Virus genome (UHGV): UHGV-0082254
Reading direction: 5' to 3' (one strand)
Length of the DNA stretch: 15,049 bases
DNA from: a virus
The notes beneath the pieces were generated by a model. The model saw only the letters and a program-made list of their open reading frames with translations, did not search any database and was not told the DNA's origin. Below are positions 14,944-15,049 of the stretch, piece after piece; the stretch's first letter is position 1, and every line of letters begins with the position of its first letter. The translations under genes were made by a program, and so were the position numbers.

Positions 14944-14964
14944 ACCTACGAAAATTTCGTAGGT
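14944..14964. promoter_or_regulatory. perfect 10-bp inverted repeat ACCTACGAAA-a-TTTCGTAGGT upstream of the ant-like gene
   Basis: 21-bp perfect palindrome 34-54 bp upstream of the ant-like start codon; candidate operator or RNA hairpin. Confidence 0.4.
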
Positions 14965-15049
14965 TTCTCCTTCAAGTTCATCCTTAACTCTGGCGGTAAT
15001 GACTCCAACTTATTGATAGTGTTTTATGTTCAGATAATGCCCGATGACT

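Noticed and set aside
15011-15036. + strand promoter-like TTGATA ... GATAAT near the window end.
   Set aside because: The spacer is only 14 nt and no + strand gene follows within the window.
1-15049. Integrase, transposase, IS element, tRNA or att site indicating an integrated island.
   Set aside because: None found; the replicon and partition genes argue for an extrachromosomal phage-plasmid.

Overview
This window reads as a segment of a P1-like phage-plasmid (recognised from memory and motifs; no search was possible). Left to right: (i) a small accessory cluster with a Gly/Ser-linker protein, an overlapped spanin-like pair (type II membrane coiled-coil protein plus +1-frame lipoprotein) and a Cys/His-rich 130-aa protein; (ii) a complete P1-type plasmid replicon: DnaA box, five clustered GATC sites, five 21-bp direct iterons (incC-like), repA, and about nine iterons in both orientations (incA-like); (iii) a 269-aa protein with an N-terminal T5orf172 / GIY-YIG-like domain sitting between replicon and partition genes; (iv) parA-parB-parS of P1 type; (v) a rightward virion operon (probable head protein, contractile sheath, acidic/basic protein, two small tail proteins including a tube-like one) ending in a clean terminator; (vi) a convergent hok/mok type I toxin module; (vii) on the minus strand an ant-like KilAC protein, kilA (KilA-N + KilAC) and repL, with a C1-operator-like 17-mer and three GATC sites upstream of kilA. 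The most interesting candidates for uncharacterised biology are the T5orf172-domain gene embedded in the maintenance cassette, the hok/mok module between the tail operon and the lytic replicon, the tandem KilAC paralogues with their palindromic control sites, and the overlapped spanin-like pair next to the origin. No rRNA, tRNA, CRISPR array, integrase or transposase was seen.
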